From positions 32,001 through 96,000 of the forward strand of contig JAEOTP010000016.1 in assembly GCA_016839765.1 (NCBI GenBank): 64,000 bases of DNA, written 5' to 3'. The stretch is from Promethearchaeota archaeon (GTDB lineage: Archaea > Asgardarchaeota > Lokiarchaeia > Sigyniarchaeales > SOKP01). A program made the translations under genes and the position numbers. The notes beneath the pieces are model-generated. The model ran no database searches. It was not told the origin of the DNA and saw only the letters and a list, made by a program, of their open reading frames with translations. Of this stretch, positions 1 to 10,170 are shown piece by piece (within the stretch, counting starts at the first letter, position 1; every line of letters begins with the position of its first letter).

Positions 1-3000
1 CTTATTGGAACTCCAATCTTCACCTTCATTCTTGTAAACACTCGCTTTATTTCATATATTGATGAAGAAAGTGTGGAATATGTCAAAAGAAATGCTGCCT
101 TATTTACAAAGTCCCATCAAAATGATGACGGATTATTTTTAGAACCAGACTTAGATACTAATTTTAGAGCCATTGATTCTATTAATTTCACCCATGTGAA
201 TAATACAGATTCTCGTTTAATAAATCCCAACAATTTAAGAAATGATTTAATTAAAAAACTGGCCCCAAATTTCTTTTTCGACTACATATTTGAAAAACAA
301 AATATTAATGGAGCCTATTCAGATATAGGTGGTTTAGGGAATATGATTTCTACCTATGAAGCAATAAAAACAATTGAGGTGGCAAATAAATCTTACCTTA
401 ATCGTAAAATAATGGAAAATAAAACAATCGAAATTATTAATTATCTAAATGATTCATTGAATGGAAATGGGTTGGGATTTAAGGTTGCTCCCCTTTTGAA
501 TTATTCGGACATCATCTCAACATCTTATGCAATTGAATTAGCCCAAATTCTTTCGGGAGCTTCGATATTAAATAATAAAAATATAAGTAAATATATAAAT
601 TCTACATGGGTAATAACAGGGGGGTATGCTTTGACTAATTTCTCCTTAATTCCTACTCCTGAAACCACTTTTCATGGAATTCGAGCATATATTGGCATGA
701 ATATGACTTATGATAATGCGAGTGAATTTGCTATTTCATCCTATATTAACTCATCATATAATATGGATGGGGGTTTTAGAAATAGTCTTGGGCTGATTTC
801 TGACATTGAATCAACATATTACTGTTTAGCATCTTTAGATTTATTAAATTTACCTATAATTAATGAAAATACTACTCTTAATTTCATTTTAAATTGCAGT
901 AATCCAGACGGAGGTTTTAGTCAGCATCCAGTTTTTACAACACCATCAGACTTTAATTATGGTTGGGCTGCAATGAAAGCCTTATCAATTTTAGAAAAAT
1001 TATATAACTTTACACCCAGTATTGAAAATAGAATAAATGAAATAAAACTTAATTATTATAACTGGTTGCATGATCACCAAGCAATAAATTCTTTATTTGG
1101 TCATATCACTTTAGAATATAATTATTTTGGAGTTTTAGCATTAAGAAATTATAGTCCTGAAAATCTATATGAATGGATTAATACCACACAGACCGATAAT
1201 ATATTAGCTTATGTTTATAATTGTTATAATATAGAGGATGGTGGCTTTGGTTCAAGACCGGATTTAAATTCTACTCTTTTTTCAACGTATTGTGCCCTGA
1301 ATTTAATCAACTTTATTGAACCGTATGAGTTAAATCAATTTCACGAGCAAAATAAATCAAAAACCATACACTATTTAGTAGGTCTCCAAAATCCTGATGG
1401 AGGTTTTAGAGTCGGAAATGATATTGATTTTTTACTTTCCTTATTCGGCCCGTATTATAACTATTTCCTAAATTTAATCAATACAAATGTTTCTATGGTG
1501 GAAAGTACGTATTGGGCATTAATTTCGCTTGACATACTTCAAAGTAGTCATTTAATTGATCGAAATAACCTTTCACATTGGATAAAATCATGTCAAAATC
1601 CAGACGGAGGTTTTTCAATTTTTATTGGATTTCATAGTGATATAATCTCTACATATTTTGGTCTTGAAATATTTAACCAATTTTTTTCTTCTGAACCAAT
1701 GGCCAAGATTGCTGTAATTGAATTCTTAAAACTTGCGCAAATGTCTGATGGAAGTTTTTCAATATTACCCGCTATAGGTCAATTCATAGAATTACCATCA
1801 ACATTTTTAGTTACATATTTAGCGTCTAAGGCTCTCTACGATTACCGTTTTCAACCAGAAGATATTCAAGGAGCATTAAATTGGTATAGAGAATGCATAA
1901 GTGAAACAACTGGGGGTTTTGGAGATAACCCGGGTTTTGGAGGAGATTTAAGAAATGCCGCTTATGGAATAGTTATAATTGATGAACTAAAACATGATCA
2001 GGCTTTTGATTCTAAACCATGGAATGATTTGTTATTTTATATTCTTATTGTTGAGCTTATAGGTTTCGGATTATTTATCTTATTGAAGTTATATCAGAGG
2101 CTTTCTATTCCACAGAGGATAAAATTATTATTTGGAATAGGAGAAAAGTTAACTCCGTCATACCTGCAACAATTTCCTGCTATAAACTGCGAAAATTTTA
2201 GTGTATATGCTGGTGGGACATTGATAGTTGATTCAGTATCAATGAGTATATCGCATGGTAAAATTCTTGGCATTCTAGGAGAAAGTGGAGCTGGGAAGTC
2301 AACATTTATAAAGGGTTTACTAGGTATGAGAAAAACCACAGGATTTTGCCAAATTTATGGAATGAACATGAGTAAGAGAACATCAAAAAGAATACGACCC
2401 ATTTATGGTTATGTACCTCAAGATTTGGGAAAACTTTATCATAATTTCACCACTTTAGAAAATTTATTATATTTTGGGAATCAATATGGATTGACTGAAA
2501 AAGAGATAATAAGTAAATCTAAAAGGATACTGAGAAGCTTAGATATTGAAGACAAGATGCAAGAATTAGTAAAAAATTTATCTGGGGGCGAAAAAAGGCG
2601 AGTTAGTATTGCTATTGGTTTGACACATTCCCCAATTTTTCTTATTTTAGATGAACCAACTTCTGGATTAGATCCAATAATAAGGGAGAGTTTATGGCTA
2701 ACACTTACAAAAATTAATGAGCAATTTAAAACCACACTAATAGTTATCACACATTATCCAGAAGAATCGCGTTTTTGTAATGATGTAGCAATTTTCGGGA
2801 GAAAACGGGGCATGATTGATTTTGGAAAGCCAAAAGAACTGCTAGATCAATTACCAGGGAAAGGACGCTCAGTGGAGCTACAGTTTTATAAGCCTATTGA
2901 AAATGCCATAGAATCGCTTGAATCTATTGAAGGCATCGAAAAGGTTTTAGAAAATAAGGTTGGAACAAATTTTTCAATCTTTACCAACTTAAATGTAAAT

Positions 3001-3129
3001 GAATTATTTAATAAAATAGAAAATGTAATTGGTAACGATTCTGTTCAATTATTAAAACAAATAGATTCAAAGATGGAACAATTCTTTAGATATAAAGCTA
3101 TGGAGGTGCCTAAAATTGAAAAGCTTTAA
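1..3129 (+). CDS. Membrane-anchored prenyltransferase/squalene-oxidase-repeat (alpha/alpha barrel) ectodomain - TM - ABC ATPase fusion (5' partial)
   Basis: Frame is open from base 1 (LIGTPIFTFILVNTRF, hydrophobic), so the true start lies upstream. Many (N/Q)xDGGF...STYxAL repeats, then TM LLFYILIVELIGFGLFILL, Walker A GESGAGKS, Q-loop YVPQ, LSGGE, Walker B ILDEP, H-loop ITH. Confidence 0.85.
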   Translation, partial: LIGTPIFTFILVNTRFISYIDEESVEYVKRNAALFTKSHQNDDGLFLEPDLDTNFRAIDSINFTHVNNTDSRLINPNNLRNDLIKKLAPNFFFDYIFEKQNINGAYSDIGGLGNMISTYEAIKTIEVANKSYLNRKIMENKTIEIINYLNDSLNGNGLGFKVAPLLNYSDIISTSYAIELAQILSGASILNNKNISKYINSTWVITGGYALTNFSLIPTPETTFHGIRAYIGMNMTYDNASEFAISSYINSSYNMDGGFRNSLGLISDIESTYYCLASLDLLNLPIINENTTLNFILNCSNPDGGFSQHPVFTTPSDFNYGWAAMKALSILEKLYNFTPSIENRINEIKLNYYNWLHDHQAINSLFGHITLEYNYFGVLALRNYSPENLYEWINTTQTDNILAYVYNCYNIEDGGFGSRPDLNSTLFSTYCALNLINFIEPYELNQFHEQNKSKTIHYLVGLQNPDGGFRVGNDIDFLLSLFGPYYNYFLNLINTNVSMVESTYWALISLDILQSSHLIDRNNLSHWIKSCQNPDGGFSIFIGFHSDIISTYFGLEIFNQFFSSEPMAKIAVIEFLKLAQMSDGSFSILPAIGQFIELPSTFLVTYLASKALYDYRFQPEDIQGALNWYRECISETTGGFGDNPGFGGDLRNAAYGIVIIDELKHDQAFDSKPWNDLLFYILIVELIGFGLFILLKLYQRLSIPQRIKLLFGIGEKLTPSYLQQFPAINCENFSVYAGGTLIVDSVSMSISHGKILGILGESGAGKSTFIKGLLGMRKTTGFCQIYGMNMSKRTSKRIRPIYGYVPQDLGKLYHNFTTLENLLYFGNQYGLTEKEIISKSKRILRSLDIEDKMQELVKNLSGGEKRRVSIAIGLTHSPIFLILDEPTSGLDPIIRESLWLTLTKINEQFKTTLIVITHYPEESRFCNDVAIFGRKRGMIDFGKPKELLDQLPGKGRSVELQFYKPIENAIESLESIEGIEKVLENKVGTNFSIFTNLNVNELFNKIENVIGNDSVQLLKQIDSKMEQFFRYKAMEVPKIEKL

Positions 3130-4819
3130 AATGAGCGAACTAGAGCGCCTTAGACTAAAAACTTTAGACGCTATACGCTTTTCTAAACGATTTTGGATGA
3201 CATATAGGGAAAATACTTTTGGAATTGCCTCTATTATAAATTTAGTTTATAAAAAGTCTTTTTTTGAAGTTTTATTCTTTACAAATAAAGATGTTCTAGA
3301 GAAGGGAGTCCCTTTATTAAAAATTTATACTCCTATCGAAGAGCAAATAGATTTTGATGAAATCATAGTAGAACCTGATTTTGATGATGATGGACTTGTT
3401 AGTCCGGTGAAAATCATCGGTCGAATGAGAAAGCTTATAAGAAGAGAGTTTCAGAAACATTTAGCATTCTTGGATAAAGAAATAGAACTTCTTGATGAAA
3501 TATATGAAAATTTCCCCATAGATAATATTCCTTACCATAGAGAAATAGGCATTTATTTCCCTGATTTTGTAGTAAAGCTTAACATAAATTTTGAAAAATT
3601 TCCATCTATTCCTTCCTTTTCTTTTTCAAAAACTCTTTCAAGAATTGTAAGTGAAAGAGAATTTAACGAATCTGCTATTATCACAGACTGGAATGAATTA
3701 AACCCACCTCATATATATGAGTTAGTAGAAAAATTAACTCAAATTGTAACCGATCGTTTAAAAGTAGAACCTATAAAATTTAATTCTCAACACCTTGTGG
3801 TTGATAATTTTTCAATAGGGGGTAATATAAAAGACATCTCATTTAAGATCCATAGAGGTAAATCAATAGGGATTGTTTATGATAAAGAATTGTTCGAGAA
3901 TGCGGAGCATAGTTTGACATTATTAAAACTTTTTGAGGCTATATCAGGTGAACATCCTAATTTTTCAGGCAGAATTGAGATCTTTGGTAGATATGTTCAA
4001 TTATTACCCGCATATGATATGGAGAGAATTTTTATCTTACCCCAAGCTTATGAGTCAAAATTAACTAAAATGAAGCTTAAAAAAGCAGTTCAATATAGTA
4101 TAGATATTAAGGGTATCCTTAAAGAAAGAAAAGTTGCTTTGGATAAGGTTTTAAAAAATGCAGGATTAACTTCTAAAATGGGAGATATCGTGAATGATCT
4201 TCTTACAGAAGCACCTCTTTTACAATTTACTCGGAGGAAAGAATTTATTAAAAATGCTTTAACAGCCACGGGTTTGTGGAATAAAAAGAAAAAAAGATTT
4301 TCTCAATTAACACCTTTAGAATTTTTACTATTTTCAATTGGAAGAGCATTGCTTCAATCACCTATAATTGTAATGTTTTCAATACCTTTTGGATTACTTA
4401 ATAGAATAGACTTTGAGAAATTCAACAAATATATGAATCGCATAAAAGAAGTATTCCATATAATACTTATTTTTCATGGCCCAGAAGGAATTGCTTCAAA
4501 ATGTGATCAAATTCTAACTGTTTCTCAAAGTGTATCTAAAATAGGAACCCATGAGGACTACATCAATGCACTACCATATGCGGGTGAATATATTACAGTT
4601 GAATTCAATAATGCAGATGAGAATTTAATTAAGAAAATAAATGAATTCGAAGAAGTTAATAGAATAATTGAAGAAAGGAAAAATGAAAAATATAAGATAT
4701 ACATAAAAGAAAATCCAGATAAATTAATAATAAATTTAACAGAATTGTTTGGAGCAAATCTTTTTAGCTTCAAAATTTCAAAAGCATCAATAGGTGATTA
4801 TTTAGAATTTAACCAATAA
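3116..4819 (+). CDS. N-terminal UBC/UEV/RWD-like domain(s) fused to degenerate ABC ATPase domain
   Basis: GGAGGTG lies 7 nt before TTG 3116. ABC scaffold recognisable (DISFKIHRGKSIGIV, SGRIEIFG, FILPQ, IGRALLQSP) but Walker A, signature (LTPLE) and Walker B (MFSIP) are degenerate. N-terminal FLDKEIELL...FPSIP...WNELNPPHIYELV resembles the UBC fold. Confidence 0.6.
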   Translation: MKSFKMSELERLRLKTLDAIRFSKRFWMTYRENTFGIASIINLVYKKSFFEVLFFTNKDVLEKGVPLLKIYTPIEEQIDFDEIIVEPDFDDDGLVSPVKIIGRMRKLIRREFQKHLAFLDKEIELLDEIYENFPIDNIPYHREIGIYFPDFVVKLNINFEKFPSIPSFSFSKTLSRIVSEREFNESAIITDWNELNPPHIYELVEKLTQIVTDRLKVEPIKFNSQHLVVDNFSIGGNIKDISFKIHRGKSIGIVYDKELFENAEHSLTLLKLFEAISGEHPNFSGRIEIFGRYVQLLPAYDMERIFILPQAYESKLTKMKLKKAVQYSIDIKGILKERKVALDKVLKNAGLTSKMGDIVNDLLTEAPLLQFTRRKEFIKNALTATGLWNKKKKRFSQLTPLEFLLFSIGRALLQSPIIVMFSIPFGLLNRIDFEKFNKYMNRIKEVFHIILIFHGPEGIASKCDQILTVSQSVSKIGTHEDYINALPYAGEYITVEFNNADENLIKKINEFEEVNRIIEERKNEKYKIYIKENPDKLIINLTELFGANLFSFKISKASIGDYLEFNQ

Positions 4820-4835
4820 ATTATGAGGTAATTGT

Positions 4836-5639
4836 ATGTTTAAGAGTCTTTATATTATGGATGAAAATGGAATTGTTTTATATTCTAAAAATTTTATGAG
4901 AGAGAAGTATGATGATAATATTTTAGTAGGATTTTTCGCATCAATCGCTAATTTTAGCAGGGAAGCATTAGGAAGTGTAATTAAAAACGTTGATTTAGGA
5001 CAAAATAATAAGCTTATCTTACTTCCCATCTCAGAAGAAAATCTACTAGGAGCTGTAATTGTTAGTTCAAATGATAATAACCAGTTAATTTTAACTATTT
5101 TAAGAGATATTTTACAAGATTTTATTGATACTTTCGCTCCAGATTTCGATCCTGAAAAAATTTTTGAGGAGGAAATGGAAAAAATAATCCAAAATAATAT
5201 GAAAGGTAAAATAATGCAATCACCAAAAATTAGATTTTTACTTGCTTGGTTAATTGCGGCACCATTATCGTATCTACTTATTTTTTTAAGTATTTTCGCT
5301 ACGGATTTTCTTTATTCTATTTTTCGGCTGAACCAATATTTAAATCCTGCCCAAATTTTAACTCGCTTTACGCCATCCTTAATTTTATTATCAACAGTAA
5401 ATATAGTCATACTATTTCTGCTTCCAAACTTAATCCTTGGGTATCTTTCTCCCAATTGGAAAATCGCTACAGTAAATTCTTTTATACATTTGGCGGTTAC
5501 AATAACGTTATATTTCTTTTCTATAGAACCTAACTTTGCATACATAATTGTAGGATACCTCCCCTTAGCGTTAATTTTTTCATTGTTCTTCCTTTTCATC
5601 GGTATTCGTTATTCTTCAAAAAAATTCTTAAAAAAATAA
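4836..5639 (+). CDS. Longin-like domain protein with ~4 C-terminal TM helices
   Basis: MFKSLYIMDENGIVLYSKNF...LVGFFASIANFSRE is a typical longin beta-beta-alpha start. The C-terminal half is hydrophobic. Confidence 0.7.
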   Translation: MFKSLYIMDENGIVLYSKNFMREKYDDNILVGFFASIANFSREALGSVIKNVDLGQNNKLILLPISEENLLGAVIVSSNDNNQLILTILRDILQDFIDTFAPDFDPEKIFEEEMEKIIQNNMKGKIMQSPKIRFLLAWLIAAPLSYLLIFLSIFATDFLYSIFRLNQYLNPAQILTRFTPSLILLSTVNIVILFLLPNLILGYLSPNWKIATVNSFIHLAVTITLYFFSIEPNFAYIIVGYLPLALIFSLFFLFIGIRYSSKKFLKK

Positions 5640-5804
5640 TTAAAATTAATCTTAATTCTATCATTTTCTACTCATTTGTGTATAAAAAATTTCATAATAC
5701 GAATCATTAAATAACCCAATTTTTATCTATCTATTTAGCTAGAAAAGGGTTAACAATTAGGTCAAACTTATCTTCTGATAGAGATAAAGACTGTTGATAA
5801 TATT

Positions 5805-8054
5805 TTGAGCAATAAAAATCTTAAGTTGGACTTTAATGTCGGAAATTATAAGTCTATTTTTAATACTATACCTACTCCCACTTATATCTGGAAAGTAGAT
5901 AATGATGATTTCAAATTAATTGATTGTAATAAAGCAGCAGAAATTATTACTGAAGGAAAAATTTTAGATTATTTAGGTTTAAGTTTAATAGACATATATG
6001 ATGAAGATTCTGAAGTCTCTAAGGATCTAAAAAAGTGTTTTTATGAAAAAATTAATTTTTCAAAAGAAATGCTTTATAAATATAAGAGTACTGGTAAACA
6101 GAAGGTTCTTTATACAACCTATAACTTTATACCACCGAATCTTGTTATTGTCTTTACAGAAGATATCAGTAAACAAAAAGAAGCAGAAAGTTTATTGAAA
6201 AAGACTGAAGGCGAAAAATCTATAATATTAGAAAGCATTTCAGAGCATATTGTTTATCAAGATTTAAATAATAGAATTATCTGGACAAATAAAGCCGCAG
6301 CAGATTCAGTTGGTTTAACTAGCGATCAATTAATTGGAAAAAAATGTCATAAGATTTGGAATAACCGTGATGATAAATGTCCTGGTTGTCCAGTTATTTC
6401 TGCAGTTGAAACTTGTAAACCGACTATGGCAGAAATGACTACTCCAGATGGCAGAGTATGGTTAGTTAAAGGATTTCCCGTTTTTGATGAAAAAGGAAAT
6501 GTTATAGCCGCTGTTGAAATCACTAATGAAATTACAAAGATTAAACAGGCTGAAGAAAAATTAAAAGTTTCAGAACTACAATATCGTAATACAATTGATT
6601 CAATGGGCGATGCTATACACGTCATTGATAAAGATTTAAGACTTATTCTTATTAATCCAGCAATTATAAGATGGCTTGAGGTTTTAGGTTTACAAACCGA
6701 TGTTATAGGTAAAAAACTAAATGAGGCCTTTCCTTTTTTACCTGAAAAAGTTCTTGATGAATACAAACAGGTATTAGATTCTGGAGAAACCCTTATTACG
6801 GACGAGGAGACTTTTATTAAGGGAAAAACTTACTGTACTGAATCTCGAAAGATTCCAATAATTAGTAAGGGAAAGATAAATCAAATTGTAACTATTGTCC
6901 GTGATTTTGGTGAAAGGAAAATCTCTGAGCAAAAATTAAAAGCATCAGAAAAAAAGTTTCGTCACCTTTTTGACACTTCTCCTTATGGCATAGTATTGTT
7001 AGATCTTAAAGGCGATATAATCGATTGTAACACATCTACAAATAGGTTTTTATCAAAACATACGATAGATGATTTGATTGGTAGAAATTTTAGAGAAATT
7101 TGGTTCATTCATGAAAAAAACAAAAATTTAATATCTTTTTTCGAAAACATAATTGAAAGAGTAATAAATGGTGAAAAGATTAAAAATTTGGAATTCCCTA
7201 TAAATAGATCACTTGGAGGTATAATTTGGGTAAATAGTAGTATATCATTGACAAAGTTAGGAGACGAATCATTAATACAATTCATATTAGAGGATATTTC
7301 AGATAAAAAAAAAGCTGCAACCGAGTTAAAAGAATCAGAAAAAAGATATCGTGAAGCTTTTAATCGTTCTAATTTTTATAAGGATCTTTTCGCTCATGAT
7401 ATAAATAATATTTTTCAAAATATTCAATCATCCTCTGAATTACTCTCTTTATTATTAGATGAAATGAATATTACTAAAGGAAATAATTTTGTAGATATTA
7501 TTAAAGATCAAATTATTAGAGGCTCAACTTTAATTTCAAATGTAAGGAAACTTTCAGAAATTGAAGAAATTGAATCTCCATTGAAAAAAGTTGAATTATT
7601 TGGAGTTCTTAATGAAGTTAAGAATTATATCATTAAATCCTTTCAAAATAGAAAGATTAATCTTGAAATTCTCTCTGATGAAAAGCAAATATTTGTTAAT
7701 GCAAATGAGATATTACCAGATGTATTTGAAAATATTTTAATTAATGCTATAAGATATAACCAAAACTCTTTAATAGAATTAATGATAAGGGTGTCTAAAG
7801 ACATTTCTGATGGAAAAAATTTCATTCGAATGGAATTTATCGACAACGGTATCGGCATTCCAAATGAAATGAAAGAAAAAGTTTTTCAGAGAGGTTATAA
7901 TCACAGGGGTATTATTAAGGGCTTGGGGCTGGGATTAACACTTGTAAAGAAAGTAATTGGAATTTACAATGGACAAATTTGGGTCGAAGATAAAGTTATT
8001 GGTGATTACACTCAAGGAAGTAAATTTATATTATTAATCCCAGAGGTGGAGTAA
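5805..8054 (+). CDS. Soluble multi-PAS sensor histidine kinase
   Basis: About four PAS/PAC repeats; H-box FAHDINN; N-box NILINAIRY; DNGIGI; GLGLGL. Confidence 0.93.
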   Translation: MSNKNLKLDFNVGNYKSIFNTIPTPTYIWKVDNDDFKLIDCNKAAEIITEGKILDYLGLSLIDIYDEDSEVSKDLKKCFYEKINFSKEMLYKYKSTGKQKVLYTTYNFIPPNLVIVFTEDISKQKEAESLLKKTEGEKSIILESISEHIVYQDLNNRIIWTNKAAADSVGLTSDQLIGKKCHKIWNNRDDKCPGCPVISAVETCKPTMAEMTTPDGRVWLVKGFPVFDEKGNVIAAVEITNEITKIKQAEEKLKVSELQYRNTIDSMGDAIHVIDKDLRLILINPAIIRWLEVLGLQTDVIGKKLNEAFPFLPEKVLDEYKQVLDSGETLITDEETFIKGKTYCTESRKIPIISKGKINQIVTIVRDFGERKISEQKLKASEKKFRHLFDTSPYGIVLLDLKGDIIDCNTSTNRFLSKHTIDDLIGRNFREIWFIHEKNKNLISFFENIIERVINGEKIKNLEFPINRSLGGIIWVNSSISLTKLGDESLIQFILEDISDKKKAATELKESEKRYREAFNRSNFYKDLFAHDINNIFQNIQSSSELLSLLLDEMNITKGNNFVDIIKDQIIRGSTLISNVRKLSEIEEIESPLKKVELFGVLNEVKNYIIKSFQNRKINLEILSDEKQIFVNANEILPDVFENILINAIRYNQNSLIELMIRVSKDISDGKNFIRMEFIDNGIGIPNEMKEKVFQRGYNHRGIIKGLGLGLTLVKKVIGIYNGQIWVEDKVIGDYTQGSKFILLIPEVE

Positions 8055-8055
8055 T

Positions 8056-8436
8056 TTGACTTCAATTTTGATTGTAGAGGATGACATATACCTGCAAAAA
8101 TTATATGAAATGATGTTAAAAACCCAAGGATTTAAGATAATTGGCAAAGCAGGGAATGGCTCTGAAGCAATTAATATTTTTAAGGCTCTACGAAATAAAC
8201 CTGACATTGTTTTGATGGATCACAGAATGCCCATTAAAAATGGAATCGATACTACTCTCGAACTTACTAGATTAAATTCTCATACTAAAATTATATTTAT
8301 TAGCGCAGATAATTCCGTGAAAAAACAGGCGCTCTCAATTGGAGCAAAGAGTTTTATTGAAAAACCGTTCAGTATTGATCAACTAAATAATGTAATTAAG
8401 AAAGTTATAGAAAACTCTAAAGTTGTGAATAATTAA
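8056..8436 (+). CDS. Single-domain response regulator (CheY-like)
   Basis: ILIVEDD, DIVLMDHRMP, FISA, FIEKP; starts 1 nt after the kinase. Confidence 0.93.
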   Translation: MTSILIVEDDIYLQKLYEMMLKTQGFKIIGKAGNGSEAINIFKALRNKPDIVLMDHRMPIKNGIDTTLELTRLNSHTKIIFISADNSVKKQALSIGAKSFIEKPFSIDQLNNVIKKVIENSKVVNN

Positions 8437-8660
8437 GCAAAAGCAAAGCGGTTATTCTATTTTGATTTTGAAAAAAAAATTATGATTTTTAAATAATTTT
8501 TTTATCTTTATAAGAAATCATCATTGCAATTATAAGAAAAAATCTTCCTTTTTTTGAAAAACCCCATAACAAATTTAAAATTCAGTACTTAATTTTCTAA
8601 AATAATTTGTTAAACTTAAAAAATCAAAAAATATGAAGATTGGTTAAAAGGTTAAGGTTT

Positions 8661-10148
8661 ATGAGCTATAAATTAGCAGATGAAAAAGATTTAGAAGCTA
8701 TGATTGGTATTGTGGGAAAAGATTATGCTACCAATAACAAGGCAATTACAGCGTCATATCTTTCCAAATCTGTAATGGGATTAGAGTCACAAATTCCTGA
8801 TATCGTCATACGCCCTAAATACGTAGAAGAGATTCGTAAAATACTACTTTACTGCTCTGCAGAAAAAATTGCAGTCTCACCGATTTCAGCCGGACTATCT
8901 GGCGGTTTTGCGTGTCCGACTATTAAGCCTGCTGGAGTTATGCTTGATTTAGGTAGAATGAATAGAATTATCGAAGTCGATACAGAAAATCGATATGTCG
9001 TAGTCGAACCGGGAGTCACGATTGGAGAGCTGTGGGCTTACATGCACAAGAATTATCCAGAGTGGGCGCCTCCCGTACCAGACGGTGCTCCACCAGCTTC
9101 TACCGTAATGGGTGATGCTATCGATCGAGGGTTTTCCCTTTACACTAGTTCCGTTGGTCCACAAGGTGATAATTTTATGTGCGGTGAGATAGTGTTTCCA
9201 AATGGAGATATTGTGCGAACCGGTTCTTGGGCTCTTCCATTTGCGAAACCGTTCTATAAATACGGACTAGGTCCAGATATCTGGTCCTTTTTAATGGGTT
9301 CACAAGGAGCTCTAGGCGTAATGACTAAAGTTGCAGTTAAAATATATCCACATCCAAAATTTAAGACTGTAGTTGTGTGGGGCATGTCCAATCCTGAGGA
9401 TATGCAGAACTTAACACTTGAAATTGGAAAACAAGAATTTGGAATTGCACACAACACCGTTATGGTTCAAGGTGGGAACTATCCATTAGTAATGACACGT
9501 TGGCCAAAAGATAAAGTTCCTCACGATTATGAATTCTACGAACAGCTAGGAATTAGTAAGTGGTGGATGAATTGGGAGTGCTGGGCACAAACTCAAGAAG
9601 AGTTAGATTATGTGGTTAATAGAATCAATAAAATGGCTGAAGATTTTAAGAAAAATAGAGCTAAAGATCCTGATGGTATAAAACCTCAGGAACTACATCC
9701 CAAACAAATCGCAAGCAGATTGAAGAAACCCAATAAGATTGCGATTCCTTATTCATTCTGGGAGGCAGGATTTTTATTCATTACGTTCTATACACCATGG
9801 AACGAATGCGCCCATTTTGCTGAAATGTACTGTAAAGCTATGGAAGATCGAGGATTTCCACCAGTAATGTGGATTGCTAGTATTGAGCGTTGTAGGCAAG
9901 CAATTTGTATGCCAATTATTTGTTTCGATAGCACAAAACAATCAGATTTCGAAAAAGTTCAAGAGATGAATAGAGAAACAACAGAATACGCGCTTAAGCA
10001 AGGGTGGTTGAATTATCGTCCAGATCCATACATCCATGCACCTCTCACTTATTCTCAAGCAGGAATGTATTGGAAATATTTGAGGATGATGAAGAAAATG
10101 TTTGATCCTAATATGATAATGCATCCCGGAAGACTTGCTCTTCCTTAA
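8661..10148 (+). CDS. FAD-binding oxidoreductase, VAO/PCMH (FAD_binding_4) family
   Basis: PDIVIRP, LDLGRMNRI, VEPGVT, GSQGALGVMTK, C-terminal KKMFDPNMIMHPG. ATG 8661 preferred over TTG 8640. Confidence 0.88.
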   Translation: MSYKLADEKDLEAMIGIVGKDYATNNKAITASYLSKSVMGLESQIPDIVIRPKYVEEIRKILLYCSAEKIAVSPISAGLSGGFACPTIKPAGVMLDLGRMNRIIEVDTENRYVVVEPGVTIGELWAYMHKNYPEWAPPVPDGAPPASTVMGDAIDRGFSLYTSSVGPQGDNFMCGEIVFPNGDIVRTGSWALPFAKPFYKYGLGPDIWSFLMGSQGALGVMTKVAVKIYPHPKFKTVVVWGMSNPEDMQNLTLEIGKQEFGIAHNTVMVQGGNYPLVMTRWPKDKVPHDYEFYEQLGISKWWMNWECWAQTQEELDYVVNRINKMAEDFKKNRAKDPDGIKPQELHPKQIASRLKKPNKIAIPYSFWEAGFLFITFYTPWNECAHFAEMYCKAMEDRGFPPVMWIASIERCRQAICMPIICFDSTKQSDFEKVQEMNRETTEYALKQGWLNYRPDPYIHAPLTYSQAGMYWKYLRMMKKMFDPNMIMHPGRLALP

Positions 10149-10170
10149 TTGAGTAAGGAGGTAAAAAAAA

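Noticed and set aside
73-2030. Squalene-hopene/oxidosqualene cyclase or protein prenyltransferase call
   Set aside because: Only structural repeats are present. The catalytic DxDD and DxCY motifs were not found and the domain appears extracellular.
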